From Patescibacteria group bacterium (GTDB taxonomy: Bacteria > Patescibacteriota > Microgenomatia > UBA8517): DNA of 64,000 nt. The DNA lies in NCBI GenBank assembly GCA_041742135.1, contig JBGSJG010000008.1, positions 32,518 to 96,517 on the forward strand, read 5' to 3'. The number at the start of each line of letters is the position of its first letter. The first letter of the stretch is position 1. Under the pieces are notes generated by a model. That model was not told where the DNA came from, did no database searches, and worked only from the letters and a program-made list of their open reading frames with translations. Of the stretch, positions 38,836-48,874 are shown one piece after another. The position numbers were made by a program, and so were the translations under genes.

Positions 38836-40486
38836 AGCTGTAACTCTTCTTATTCTCGCCGGAACCGTCGTTTGGTCGCTGACTATGGTTAAAAGCGGGA
38901 TTTTGTACGACTACGGACTAGGTTTCTGGGGACCAAATGGGCACGATGGAGTTTGGCATCTTTCCCTTGCTGGTTCGCTGTCGAGAGGCTCTATACAGAT
39001 GCCCGTATTTGCTGGAGAGGCGCTCCAAAATTACCATTTAGGTTTTGATTTGCTTCTGGCCGGTCTGTATAGAATCACGGGGATTCCTCTGGCGCTATGG
39101 TATTTTCAAATTATTCCAGTATTTACCGCGTTATCAATTGGGGTATTAACTTACGTTTTTGTTTTGTCTTGGAAAAAAAATAAAAGTGCAGCCTTTTGGA
39201 GTACGTTTTTGGTTTATTTTGCGGGCAACTTGGGTTGGGTTGTAAATATTTTCAAAACTGGTTCTTTGGGAGGAGAATCAATCTTCTGGGCTCAGCCTGC
39301 GGTTCTCACTCTTATTAATCCTCCTTTTGCGCTGTCATTGGTCTTTATTTTGGCCGGACTCTATTTTGTCACCAAATCTCGAGTAATTCTTGCGGCTATT
39401 TGTTTCGGGGTTTTGATTCAAATCAAAGCATATGCCGGTGTCATTGTTTTAGGAGCGCTTCTTGTAAGCGCAGTATACGAGTTTTTAAGTAGAAGAACCT
39501 TTGTCTTTTCACGAATATCTCTTGTTTCGCTTTTGATTTCGCTGATTATCTTTTTGCCATTTCTGTCTTCAAGTTCGCTTTTGGAGCTTAAACCCTTTTG
39601 GTTTTTGGAAACCATGATGGCTTTTCCTGATCGGTTTGGCTGGGCACAATTTGGTGAAGCCATGGTCAATTATCGGCTCGCTGGTAATTTTATTAAGTCA
39701 CTGGCAGCGTACTCTCTTGCCTTTGTCATCTTTTGGTATGGAAATATGGGAGTAAGGTTTTTGGGCGAGTTTTACGTAGCAAGTTTTGCAAAAAACAAAA
39801 GAAAACCTTCGGTCCTGGATGTTTTACTAATTAGTGCAATTTTAATCGGTACCCTTATGGCAATGCTTTTTGTTCAAAAGGGTACAGCTTGGAACACGAT
39901 CCAGTTTTATTACTATTCGCTATTTTTTGCCTCACTTCTGTCGGGAATAGTTTTTGCGGGGATACTTAAGAATTTCTCAAGTCGCAAGCTTGGATCACTT
40001 GTTGCCCTTGGCATGATCGTATTTTGCATACCAACTACCATTTCGGTCCTAAAGCATTACTTGCCCGCCCGCCCGCCGGCCATGATTTCAGTAAATGAAC
40101 TTGCAGCATTGAATTTTCTTAAAAATCAGCAAGATGGAGTAGTTTTGGTTATGCCATTTGACCGAAAAGCTGCCCAGGATGCGGTGAGTAAGCCGCCAAG
40201 GCCGCTTTATTTGTATGAGTCTACTGCATATGTCTCCGCTTTTTCGGGTAAGCCCGTGTGGCTTGAAGACGAGGTGAATCTGGATATTACTGGCTACGAT
40301 TGGCCGGCAAGACGTACCGAGCTTACACTTGCGCTTGAGAGTTCGTCAAGCTTTTCGGCCTTTGTTGAGTCAAATAATATTTCCTACGTTTATGTCGCCC
40401 AAGATCAGGCAGAAAAGTATAAAAACGTACTAGGTGGCCTAAATAAAATATATTCTGCGGAGTCTGAAATTTACAAAATAGACTAG
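38798..40486 (+). CDS. Multi-pass membrane protein, probable GT-C
   Basis: HDGVWH loop, NYHLGFD, many TM segments, soluble C-terminal domain (ALNFLK...VSAFSGK...ISYVYV). Confidence 0.6.
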   Translation: MLRNLLKHFSTNRAVTLLILAGTVVWSLTMVKSGILYDYGLGFWGPNGHDGVWHLSLAGSLSRGSIQMPVFAGEALQNYHLGFDLLLAGLYRITGIPLALWYFQIIPVFTALSIGVLTYVFVLSWKKNKSAAFWSTFLVYFAGNLGWVVNIFKTGSLGGESIFWAQPAVLTLINPPFALSLVFILAGLYFVTKSRVILAAICFGVLIQIKAYAGVIVLGALLVSAVYEFLSRRTFVFSRISLVSLLISLIIFLPFLSSSSLLELKPFWFLETMMAFPDRFGWAQFGEAMVNYRLAGNFIKSLAAYSLAFVIFWYGNMGVRFLGEFYVASFAKNKRKPSVLDVLLISAILIGTLMAMLFVQKGTAWNTIQFYYYSLFFASLLSGIVFAGILKNFSSRKLGSLVALGMIVFCIPTTISVLKHYLPARPPAMISVNELAALNFLKNQQDGVVLVMPFDRKAAQDAVSKPPRPLYLYESTAYVSAFSGKPVWLEDEVNLDITGYDWPARRTELTLALESSSSFSAFVESNNISYVYVAQDQAEKYKNVLGGLNKIYSAESEIYKID

Positions 40487-40507
40487 CTCTTCTGTTACAA
40501 TCAAGCT

Positions 40508-41407
40508 ATGGCAAGCATTTCTGTAGTCATAAATACCCTAAACGAGGAGCATCATTTGCCCGCCGCACTAAAGTCAGTCACTAATTGGGCACAAGAGATT
40601 GTAGTCGTTGATATGCATTCGACTGATAAAACGACTGAAATTGCTAAAAGTTTCGGAGCAAAAGTCTTTCTTCACGAACCCATGGGCTACGTTGAGCCTG
40701 CACGTAATTTTGCGATCGCAAAAGCCACCAGCGAGTGGATTTTGATTTTAGATGCCGACGAGGAGATCCCTAGTGAATTGGCTAAAAAACTTGAGAGCCT
40801 GGCGAAGGCAAGTGAGTACGACTATTTTTCAATTCCCAGAAAGAACATTGTTTTTAAGAAATGGTTAAAATATTCCCGTTGGTGGCCTGATTACAACATT
40901 CGTTTTTTTAGAAAAAATGCGGTCAGTTGGATGCCCGAAATTCATTCTATTCCCTTAACCCAGGGTAAAGGTATGGATCTTGAGGCGAAAGTGGAGTTTG
41001 CAATTGTTCATCATAACTATGACTCGATCGAGAGTTTCATTCAAAGACTAAATAGATATTCAACTGTCCAGGCTCATGAGCAAAAAAATGCAGGTCGCAA
41101 ATCTTCTTGGAGAAATTTCATTCGAAAACCTGTGTCTGAGTTTTTGGGAAGATATTTTGTTGGTAAAGGATACAAAGACGGGGCACACGGCTTGGCAGTG
41201 AGTTTGCTTCAGGCCTTCTCGGAGTTGGTGGTTGAGCTTAAGCTCTGGGAGCTTTCAAAGTTTAAGGAAAAAGAAATAAGCTTGAAAACACTTAGCGCGG
41301 AGCTCAGAAATAATCAAAAAGAGATAAATTACTGGGTCAACGAAGCACTTGTTAACGAAACTGGTGGAATTATTTCCAAAGTGAAACGGAAGTTCAAACT
41401 TCTATAA
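40508..41407 (+). CDS. GT2 glycosyltransferase (KdtX/WaaE-like)
   Basis: NTLNEE, ARNFAI, LDADE, WPDY, IH, GYKDG. Confidence 0.85.
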   Translation: MASISVVINTLNEEHHLPAALKSVTNWAQEIVVVDMHSTDKTTEIAKSFGAKVFLHEPMGYVEPARNFAIAKATSEWILILDADEEIPSELAKKLESLAKASEYDYFSIPRKNIVFKKWLKYSRWWPDYNIRFFRKNAVSWMPEIHSIPLTQGKGMDLEAKVEFAIVHHNYDSIESFIQRLNRYSTVQAHEQKNAGRKSSWRNFIRKPVSEFLGRYFVGKGYKDGAHGLAVSLLQAFSELVVELKLWELSKFKEKEISLKTLSAELRNNQKEINYWVNEALVNETGGIISKVKRKFKLL

Positions 41408-41411
41408 TTAA

Positions 41412-42326
41412 ATGATAAGCGTCTACGCAATAATCTTAAACTGGAATAGAAAAGTTGACACGATAGAGTGTTTAAAAAGTATAGCGAAGACTAAAAAAAG
41501 CGGGTTTAATTTGACTACTGTTGTTGTTGATAATGCATCTACTGATGGTTCAGTCGATGAAATCAAGAAATTTGTAAATAACCAAGATACAATTTTGATT
41601 GTTAATGATTCCAATTTAGGTTTCGCCGCCGGCAATAATGTTGGGATAAATTACGCACTTTTTCACTCGGCAGAGTACATTTTAGTTTTAAACAACGACA
41701 CAAGACTTGATGTGAATTTGCTGCATGAGCTTGTAGAGGCAGCTTCAAAAAGTCCTCGAGGGGGCGCATTTTCACCAAAGATTTATTTTGAAAAAGGCTA
41801 CGAATTTCACAAAAAAAGGTATTCAGAAAGTGATTTAGGAAAGGTTATTTGGGCTGCAGGTGGAATCATGGATTGGAATAACGTTTATGGAATTAACCGT
41901 GGAGTTGACGAAGTTGATGCCGGCCAGTATGACAAAAGTTTAAATATCGAGTTTGCTACAGGAGCATGTGTTTTATATAGCGCTTCGGCTCTTAAAAAAG
42001 TTGGAGTTTTTGATGAAAAATACTTCATGTATTACGAGGACGTGGATCTTTCAATTCGTTTGGCACGTGCTGGTTTTGCGATACACTTCGTACCTAAAGC
42101 AGTTTTATGGCACAAAGTAGCACAAAGTTCAGGAATCGGAAGTGGACTGAACGATTACTTTATTGCACGAAACAGGATGCTCTTTGGGCTTAAATACGCA
42201 TCAGTAAGAACAATACTTGCTTTGTTTCGAGAAAGCATTAAGCTTTTGCGCAAAGGCAGGGCTTGGCAAAGAATTGGGATCAAGGATTTTTACTTGAGCA
42301 AATTTGGCAAAGGAAGCTGGAAATGA
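41412..42326 (+). CDS. GT2 glycosyltransferase (WbbL/rhamnosyltransferase-like)
   Basis: ILNWN, VDNASTDGS, NLGFAAGNN, LNND, FMYYEDVD. Confidence 0.85.
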   Translation: MISVYAIILNWNRKVDTIECLKSIAKTKKSGFNLTTVVVDNASTDGSVDEIKKFVNNQDTILIVNDSNLGFAAGNNVGINYALFHSAEYILVLNNDTRLDVNLLHELVEAASKSPRGGAFSPKIYFEKGYEFHKKRYSESDLGKVIWAAGGIMDWNNVYGINRGVDEVDAGQYDKSLNIEFATGACVLYSASALKKVGVFDEKYFMYYEDVDLSIRLARAGFAIHFVPKAVLWHKVAQSSGIGSGLNDYFIARNRMLFGLKYASVRTILALFRESIKLLRKGRAWQRIGIKDFYLSKFGKGSWK

Positions 42327-43093
42327 AAATATCTGCAGTAATTATCGCCAAGAACGAAGAGGTGATGCTCTCAGATTGTTTGGCCACGCTAAAATGGGCA
42401 GACGAAATTGTACTTATTGATAATGGCTCAACTGACAACACAGCAAAAATAGCTCGATCAGCCGGGGCGCGAGTGATCAATTTTCCTAAAGGGAAAAATT
42501 ATTCCGACCTTCGCAAAAAAGGAGCAAGCGAGGCAAAATTTGAGTGGATCTTGTATGTCGATGCTGACGAGCGCATTCCGGAAAACTTGGCTCGCGAGGT
42601 TGTGAGTATTGTTAAAAGTGAAAGTGCCTTAAATGCTTATGCGATACCAAGGCGAAATTTCGTCTTAGGTAAAGAGCTAAAACACGGTGGGTTTTGGCCG
42701 GATTATCAAAAACGTTTTTTTAGAAAAAAGGGACTTTCGGGCTGGAGTGGAAAAGTTCACGAGGAGCCAATTTTTAAAGGTGAATTGGGACTTCTAGTTA
42801 ACCCTATGCTTCACATTAAGCATGAAGATTTGTCTCAGATGGTTGAAAAAACAAATAATTGGTCGGAAATCGAAGGAAGATTGATGTTGGAAGCAAATCA
42901 TCCGCCGATGAATGTTCTACGCTTTTTAAGTGCCATGGCTCGCGAATTTTGGCTTAGGATGATTGCTAAAAAAGCTTTTTTAGATGGAAAGATTGGAGTT
43001 ATTTTTGCCCTGTATCAAGTGTTTAGCAAATTTGTTTCTTATGCCAAACTTTGGGAGATGCAACTCACACAAAATGAAAGCAGCAATAGTTAA
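42323..43093 (+). CDS. GT2 glycosyltransferase (KdtX/WaaE-like)
   Basis: IAKNEE, DNGSTD, VDADE, WPDY, VHE, FLDG. ATGA-coupled start at 42323. Confidence 0.85.
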   Translation: MKISAVIIAKNEEVMLSDCLATLKWADEIVLIDNGSTDNTAKIARSAGARVINFPKGKNYSDLRKKGASEAKFEWILYVDADERIPENLAREVVSIVKSESALNAYAIPRRNFVLGKELKHGGFWPDYQKRFFRKKGLSGWSGKVHEEPIFKGELGLLVNPMLHIKHEDLSQMVEKTNNWSEIEGRLMLEANHPPMNVLRFLSAMAREFWLRMIAKKAFLDGKIGVIFALYQVFSKFVSYAKLWEMQLTQNESSNS

Positions 43094-44096
43094 TCCGTAT
43101 TGGGACAGCTTGGGTGGTGGTGAGCGCTACTGTATTGGTGTGATTAAAGCCTTCGAAAATAAAGGGTACGCGGTTACGTTACAGTGGCCGGACCCCGCGA
43201 TTACTTCTCATCTTGAAAAAAGATTTGGAATTAAACTCGCAAGCGTAAAAGTAGCCAGTGATGTGAATCGGGGAGACGGGTATGATGCTTGTTTCTGGGT
43301 TTCAGATGGCAGTATCCCAACTTTAAAATCTAGAAATAACATCTTGCATTTTCAGGTTCCCTTTAGCGATGTAGGAGGCCGTACTCTGATCAATAAAATG
43401 AAGTTTATGCGAGTCAAAAATATCGTCGCAAATTCAGAGTTTACAAAAAGAGTAGTAGATCGAGAATACGGGATAAAAAGCAAAGTTGTTTATCCTCCAG
43501 TGTCTGTTTCCATGTTTCATCCTAAAAAGAAAGAAAATTGCATTTGTTATATCGGTCGTTTTTCCAAACTCGTACAACACAAAAGACAAGACATACTGAT
43601 TGAAGTGTTTAAGAAATTTTACAAGACTCACAAAAATTGGAAGTTAATTTTAGCGGGAGGGGCTGAAGTCGGGAATGATGTGACAGCATCGTTACGCGAT
43701 TTGGCTAAGGGCTATCCTATCGAAATAATAGAAAGCCCAAGCTTTAATGAAGTTCGAGACATTGTGGGAAAATCTAAAATATTTTGGTCAGCTGCTGGCT
43801 ATGGTGTTGACGAAACCCGTGATCCTTCGGGAGTCGAACATTTTGGAATAACGCTGATTGAAGCTATGGCCGCAAAAGCCGTGCCCGTAGTTGTCGGCAA
43901 AGGTGGCTTTACTGAGATAATCGAAAAAGACGTCACTGGATTTCTGTGGATCAGAAAACAAGAACTTGTTGATTATTCGGATTTAGTAGCAACAGACTAC
44001 AAACTTTACAGACAAATGTCGTCCGCAGCCAAAACACGAAGTGCAGATTTTTCAGAAAAAGTTTTTGAAGATAGTTTCGGAAGTTTAATTAATTAA
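43074..44096 (+). CDS. GT4 glycosyltransferase
   Basis: GGGERY, ANSEFT, VVYPPV, GRF...KRQD, EHFGITLIEAMA. Start moved to ATG 43074. Confidence 0.87.
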   Translation: MKAAIVNPYWDSLGGGERYCIGVIKAFENKGYAVTLQWPDPAITSHLEKRFGIKLASVKVASDVNRGDGYDACFWVSDGSIPTLKSRNNILHFQVPFSDVGGRTLINKMKFMRVKNIVANSEFTKRVVDREYGIKSKVVYPPVSVSMFHPKKKENCICYIGRFSKLVQHKRQDILIEVFKKFYKTHKNWKLILAGGAEVGNDVTASLRDLAKGYPIEIIESPSFNEVRDIVGKSKIFWSAAGYGVDETRDPSGVEHFGITLIEAMAAKAVPVVVGKGGFTEIIEKDVTGFLWIRKQELVDYSDLVATDYKLYRQMSSAAKTRSADFSEKVFEDSFGSLIN

Positions 44097-44097
44097 A

Positions 44098-45003
44098 GTG
44101 AAAAAAGTTGAAATATCAGTCGTTATCCCAAATTGGAACGGGGCATTTTTGCTTAAAAAAAATCTACCAAAAGTTATCGCGGCCAGTAAAAACAAGGTTA
44201 ACAATATCATTGAGATAATTATTGTCGACGACTTTTCAGGGGACGACTCTGTAGATTTACTTGAAAAAGAATTTGCATCAGACGTTCGTTTAATTAAACA
44301 TCAAAAAAATCAACGCTTTGCGGCCACCGTAAATACTGGCGTGCGTTTTTCTAAAGGGACGCATGTGTGTTTACTCAACACGGACGTTATCCCTACAGAG
44401 AACTTTCTGGAAAAAGTTATACCTAGCTTAAAAGACAAGCGCGTGTTTGGCGTTACGTTGCATGAAATTGGGTTTGGGCCAGCGGGTGGCTCGTTTGACG
44501 GTTATCTTGCCCACTACGGAAAGCCCGCAAGTACTTCAATTGAAAATACGCTTTGGATCAGTGGTGGCTCTGGAGTCTTTTCAAAAGAAAAGTGGCAAGA
44601 GCTTCATGGGTTGGATAGTGAGCTTTTTTCGCCGTTTTATTGGGAAGATGTTGACTTGGGGTACCGAGCTCATAAGCGTGGCTACCAGTTACTTTGGGAG
44701 CCTGGTGCTTTGGTTACACATAAACATGAATCCGTCACTAACCCAAAAAATTTTAAAAAAAGCTATTTATCTTTAATGAAGGAAAGAAACGAACTCTTAT
44801 TTATTTGGAAAAACATTACCAGTAAGAATCTTTTTGCAAAACATAAAAAGGCAGTTGTGGAAAGGATGATTAAGCATCCGGGCTACGCTAAAGTGGTGAT
44901 AGCAGCACTTCGTCGGTGGAATTTAGTCATGTCTCGTCGCGGACGCGAAAAAGCTGAATCTGTTGTTTCTGACGAAATGATCTTTGAAAAATTCTCCGTA
45001 TGA
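44098..45003 (+). CDS. GT2 glycosyltransferase (WbbL-like)
   Basis: IPNWNG, VDDFS, LNTD, YWEDVDL. Confidence 0.85.
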   Translation: MKKVEISVVIPNWNGAFLLKKNLPKVIAASKNKVNNIIEIIIVDDFSGDDSVDLLEKEFASDVRLIKHQKNQRFAATVNTGVRFSKGTHVCLLNTDVIPTENFLEKVIPSLKDKRVFGVTLHEIGFGPAGGSFDGYLAHYGKPASTSIENTLWISGGSGVFSKEKWQELHGLDSELFSPFYWEDVDLGYRAHKRGYQLLWEPGALVTHKHESVTNPKNFKKSYLSLMKERNELLFIWKNITSKNLFAKHKKAVVERMIKHPGYAKVVIAALRRWNLVMSRRGREKAESVVSDEMIFEKFSV

Positions 45004-47204
45004 AATTATCTGTAATCATCGTCAATTACAACACGAAAGAAATTACGTTGGATTGTCTGCGTTCACTTGAGAAAAATCCATTTCGATCGCAATTTGAGGT
45101 AATTTTAGTCGACAATGCTTCGAGCGATGGATCAGAGGCGTCTCTTTCTAAATTCAGATCATCCAAGTTTTCCTACACTTTTGTGAGAAACGATCGCAAT
45201 CTTGGCTTTGCCAAAGCGAATAACATAGGGCTGAAAAAAGCGAAAGGCGAATACTGTTTGCTTCTTAATTCAGACACTTTGGTTTTGGAAGATTCACTAA
45301 ACGATCTTTACGATTTCGCAATAAAGCATCCGGATGCTGGGGTAATAGCTCCGAAGCTGTTAAATGGCGATAAAACGGTCCAAGCTTCTGTTTACAAGTT
45401 GCCAACAATCGCGAGGACTATTAAAGAATACTGGCTTGGCCAAAAAGGCTTAAATGACAAATATGTTCCACCCCAAAGCTCGCCAGTCTCGGTGGAGGCT
45501 GTGGTGGCGGCTGCGTTTTTAATTACACCTAAAGCGAAGAAAAAGGTTGGCTTGTTAGACGAGAAATATTTTATGTATTTTGAAGATCTTGATTATTGCA
45601 GAAGCGTTACCAAACAAGGCTTAAAAGTTTACTACTTGCCGAAAACAAAAATAGTCCATCTTCATGGCAAAAGCGGAGAAAACGCTGCTGCTCACGCCGA
45701 CCAGTGGAAAAGGCTTATTCCGTCAAGTAAGATTTACCACGGATTAATAACCCACTATATTCGTTGGTTTATTATGCGAACTAGCCAAGCTAGGCGTGAG
45801 CCGATTATTTTGGCAATAGTCCTTTTGGCACTTTTCTTCAGGCTTTATTACCTAAACGATAATTTGTTTTTTGGTTTTGAACAAGGAAGGGATTTTTTGA
45901 AATTTACAGAGATAGCTTCGGGAGATCCTACCTTGATTGGCCCAAAAACCGATATTGATGGAATATTTCATGGAGCTCTTTCGTATTATTTACCTTTACC
46001 TGCGTTCGTCCTTTTTTTAGGGAGCCCTTATCTGGTGCTAGCTTCGTTAATAGTGATTCACGCAATCTCCGTGTACTTTTTGCACAAGTTTGCTTTAAGT
46101 ATTGGGGACAAAAAATTTGCCACCTTTACAGCTTTAATTTATGCATGTTCGTATCCTTCAATTGTGTACGCGCGCTGGCTATCTAATCCAAACTTAGCCC
46201 CTGCCTTTGCGATTTTTGTATTTTATTTTTTGAGTCGTGCGAAACAGAACAAAATTAACCTTGTAATTGCAGCGATGTTTTGGGCCTTCATTTTTCATAT
46301 TCAAGTTATCGCAGCAATGATACTGATACTTCCGGTTTTGTTCTTCGTAATTTCAAAGAGAGTTTTGCAACTTAAGTACGCCATACTTTCTGCTCTTACG
46401 GTACTTGTCGTCTTGTCTACTTATGTTGCCTTTAATTTTATCAACGACAATATTTTGTATAACGGACTCATTAATTATTTTGCTGAGCTTGGAGGTCCGC
46501 GCATTTTCTCTCTTTCTGAGTTCTACAATCAAATTACTGATGAATTCATGCCTTCTTGGCGCTCAGGGGCTTTTATCTTATTGTCATTGTCAGTTTTTGC
46601 GGCACTGATTGATTGGCGAAGTTACAGATCTCGGCTGGTTCTTCTTCTGTATTTTTCGGCGCCGATTGTTTTTATGATTTTAGGAGTTACCCCACTCAGG
46701 CACTTGTTTATTCTATCGCCAGTTTTCGCATCGCTTTTGTTGGCCAATCTTGTAAGTTCTTCTATGCCGCGACTGCTCAAGACTGCTGGGCTTCTTTTGA
46801 TAATACTTGTCATCGTCGCTAGTATTGTTACGATTTTAGAGCGTTTACCAGAGAGTCAGCGAAATTATATTTATCCTGCACAGGCCACGTATCTTTCCGA
46901 CATGACTGAACTTATAGATTATGCCTATCAGGATTCAAACGGCACAGCTTTCAGTTATGATTATTATTCAATTCCCTATTGGCACAATGATTCTTGGCGA
47001 TATCTCTTTGGGTGGTATGGATTGAGAAAATACGGATCACTCCCGGCGGAAAATCGAACAGCTATTTTTTATGTCTTTATTGAGCCAGATGAAATTCAGC
47101 CTAAGTACCAGGAAGATTGGTACAAAAAAATGAATAGTGAAAGCCGCGTGCTAGAGTCTCGTAAATCAGGTAAACTAATACTAGAAAAGAGGCAAGTGTT
47201 GTGA
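45000..47204 (+). CDS. GT2 (WbbL-like) fused to a GT-C glycosyltransferase
   Basis: N-terminal IVNYN/VDNAS/LNSD/FMYFEDLD. From about aa 265 a GT-C with FEQGRD, LIGP, ARWLSNPN. Confidence 0.82.
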   Translation: MKLSVIIVNYNTKEITLDCLRSLEKNPFRSQFEVILVDNASSDGSEASLSKFRSSKFSYTFVRNDRNLGFAKANNIGLKKAKGEYCLLLNSDTLVLEDSLNDLYDFAIKHPDAGVIAPKLLNGDKTVQASVYKLPTIARTIKEYWLGQKGLNDKYVPPQSSPVSVEAVVAAAFLITPKAKKKVGLLDEKYFMYFEDLDYCRSVTKQGLKVYYLPKTKIVHLHGKSGENAAAHADQWKRLIPSSKIYHGLITHYIRWFIMRTSQARREPIILAIVLLALFFRLYYLNDNLFFGFEQGRDFLKFTEIASGDPTLIGPKTDIDGIFHGALSYYLPLPAFVLFLGSPYLVLASLIVIHAISVYFLHKFALSIGDKKFATFTALIYACSYPSIVYARWLSNPNLAPAFAIFVFYFLSRAKQNKINLVIAAMFWAFIFHIQVIAAMILILPVLFFVISKRVLQLKYAILSALTVLVVLSTYVAFNFINDNILYNGLINYFAELGGPRIFSLSEFYNQITDEFMPSWRSGAFILLSLSVFAALIDWRSYRSRLVLLLYFSAPIVFMILGVTPLRHLFILSPVFASLLLANLVSSSMPRLLKTAGLLLIILVIVASIVTILERLPESQRNYIYPAQATYLSDMTELIDYAYQDSNGTAFSYDYYSIPYWHNDSWRYLFGWYGLRKYGSLPAENRTAIFYVFIEPDEIQPKYQEDWYKKMNSESRVLESRKSGKLILEKRQVL

Positions 47205-48874
47205 AAAAGTACAGTCTACTGATTATTATTCTTCTTTTGACGTCGTTTCTCCGGTTATATAAGCTAGACCACGTCCCTGTGAGTCTGTTTGGGGACGAAA
47301 TGGATTTGGGCTATCAAGCTTATTCTATTTTAAAAACTGGTAATGATTATTACGGAAACTTCATGCCATTTCACTTTCATTCCTTGGCAGAGTGGAGAAC
47401 GCCTCTTTATTTGTATTCAGCAGTCCCAACTGTCGCTTTGTTTGGCATTTCACCTCTGGGAGTCAGACTCCCTGCAGCAATTTTTGGAATTTTGGGCGTA
47501 GTCGCCTTTTACTTCTTGGTTAAAATTATTCGCGAATCGTTCATGAAATCGGGAAGCACCCGCATTGAGGCAGTCGGAGCTTTTCTCCTGGCCATTTCAC
47601 CTTGGCATATCCAATACAGCCGTGCAGGTTTTGAAGTAACAGAAATGCTTTTTTTCCTGATAACAGGTATTTATTTCTTCCTTCGCGGGCTCAAGGATGG
47701 AAAATACTTATGGCTTTCGGCAGTCTGCCTTACTTTGACTCCTTGGATTTATAGCACTGCAAAAATGTTCGTTCCTTTTTTAATAATTTTTCTTGTAGTA
47801 ACTTTTCGAAAGGAGCTTGTGAAGACCTCAAAAAAGCACCTTCTGTCCGCAATCGTTGCTCTTCTTGTTGTTGGTTTGCCGATTGCAGCAAGTACACTGT
47901 TTGGCGGTGGCAGCCAACGTTTTGGTTACATATCGGTATTTACAGATCCTACAATAGAACACGAGATCGGAGTAGCGCGAGATATCGACGCCTGGGGAAA
48001 CTCAATTGCTTCCCGCGCATTTCACAATAAATTTGTTGTCTGGGCAGAGGCGATAGGCAACAATATGCTCCAGAGTTATTCTACTGATTATCTTTTTATT
48101 AGAGGTGATATTAATCTTCGCCACTCCATTGAAGATATGGGAATGCTCTATAAAGTCGAGATAGTCGCGCTTTTGTTGGGCATTGTTTATTTCTTTAGAG
48201 CCAAAGCAGACAGAAGAATTAAGTACCTTCTAGCCTTTTGGTTATTGGCAGGCGTGGTGCCATCAGCAATAACTCGTGAAGGAGGAAGCCATGGGACTAG
48301 GCTAATTTTAATCTTGCCACCTCTTATACTGCTTGTGGCTTCTGGTGTAAGCTGGCTTTCGAAAAACAAGATCTACCTTTTTCTTTACACTTTTGTTTTG
48401 TGCGGACTGTTTGTAATTTATCAGCATAACTTCTGGGTTCATAATCCAAAGTATTCAGAGCGTTGGTGGCATTATGGATGGCAAGAAGCGGTGGATAGCA
48501 TCAAAGCTGTAGAAGGAAGCTATGACAAAGTTGTGATCTCTACGGCGGATGAGCCACCTTGGGTGTTTTTTGCTGGGGCTTATGAATACGACCCCAAATC
48601 TTGGCAGGAAAATTTTCCATTAGATAACAAAGCCGATCTTGAGGGCTTCGGTTCGGTTTCTTATATCGATAAGTACTATTTCGGAAGTCCCAAGGCCGGT
48701 CTTTACGATTGGGGGAAAATTATCGATTCAAAAACGCTTTATTTGGCATCAACCCGAGAGGTGGGAGTGAATTTGATTCGCGAGCCCGAGCGAACCCCCG
48801 GGGATTTGAAATTAATTGATTCCATCGCTTTCCCGTCAGGCGAGCCTGCATTTTACTTGTTTACCCACAGATGA
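47201..48874 (+). CDS. GT-C glycosyltransferase, tandem family member 1
   Basis: GDEMDLGYQAYSILKTGND, VRLPAA, SPWHIQYSR, WHYGW. Confidence 0.82.
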   Translation: MKKYSLLIIILLLTSFLRLYKLDHVPVSLFGDEMDLGYQAYSILKTGNDYYGNFMPFHFHSLAEWRTPLYLYSAVPTVALFGISPLGVRLPAAIFGILGVVAFYFLVKIIRESFMKSGSTRIEAVGAFLLAISPWHIQYSRAGFEVTEMLFFLITGIYFFLRGLKDGKYLWLSAVCLTLTPWIYSTAKMFVPFLIIFLVVTFRKELVKTSKKHLLSAIVALLVVGLPIAASTLFGGGSQRFGYISVFTDPTIEHEIGVARDIDAWGNSIASRAFHNKFVVWAEAIGNNMLQSYSTDYLFIRGDINLRHSIEDMGMLYKVEIVALLLGIVYFFRAKADRRIKYLLAFWLLAGVVPSAITREGGSHGTRLILILPPLILLVASGVSWLSKNKIYLFLYTFVLCGLFVIYQHNFWVHNPKYSERWWHYGWQEAVDSIKAVEGSYDKVVISTADEPPWVFFAGAYEYDPKSWQENFPLDNKADLEGFGSVSYIDKYYFGSPKAGLYDWGKIIDSKTLYLASTREVGVNLIREPERTPGDLKLIDSIAFPSGEPAFYLFTHR

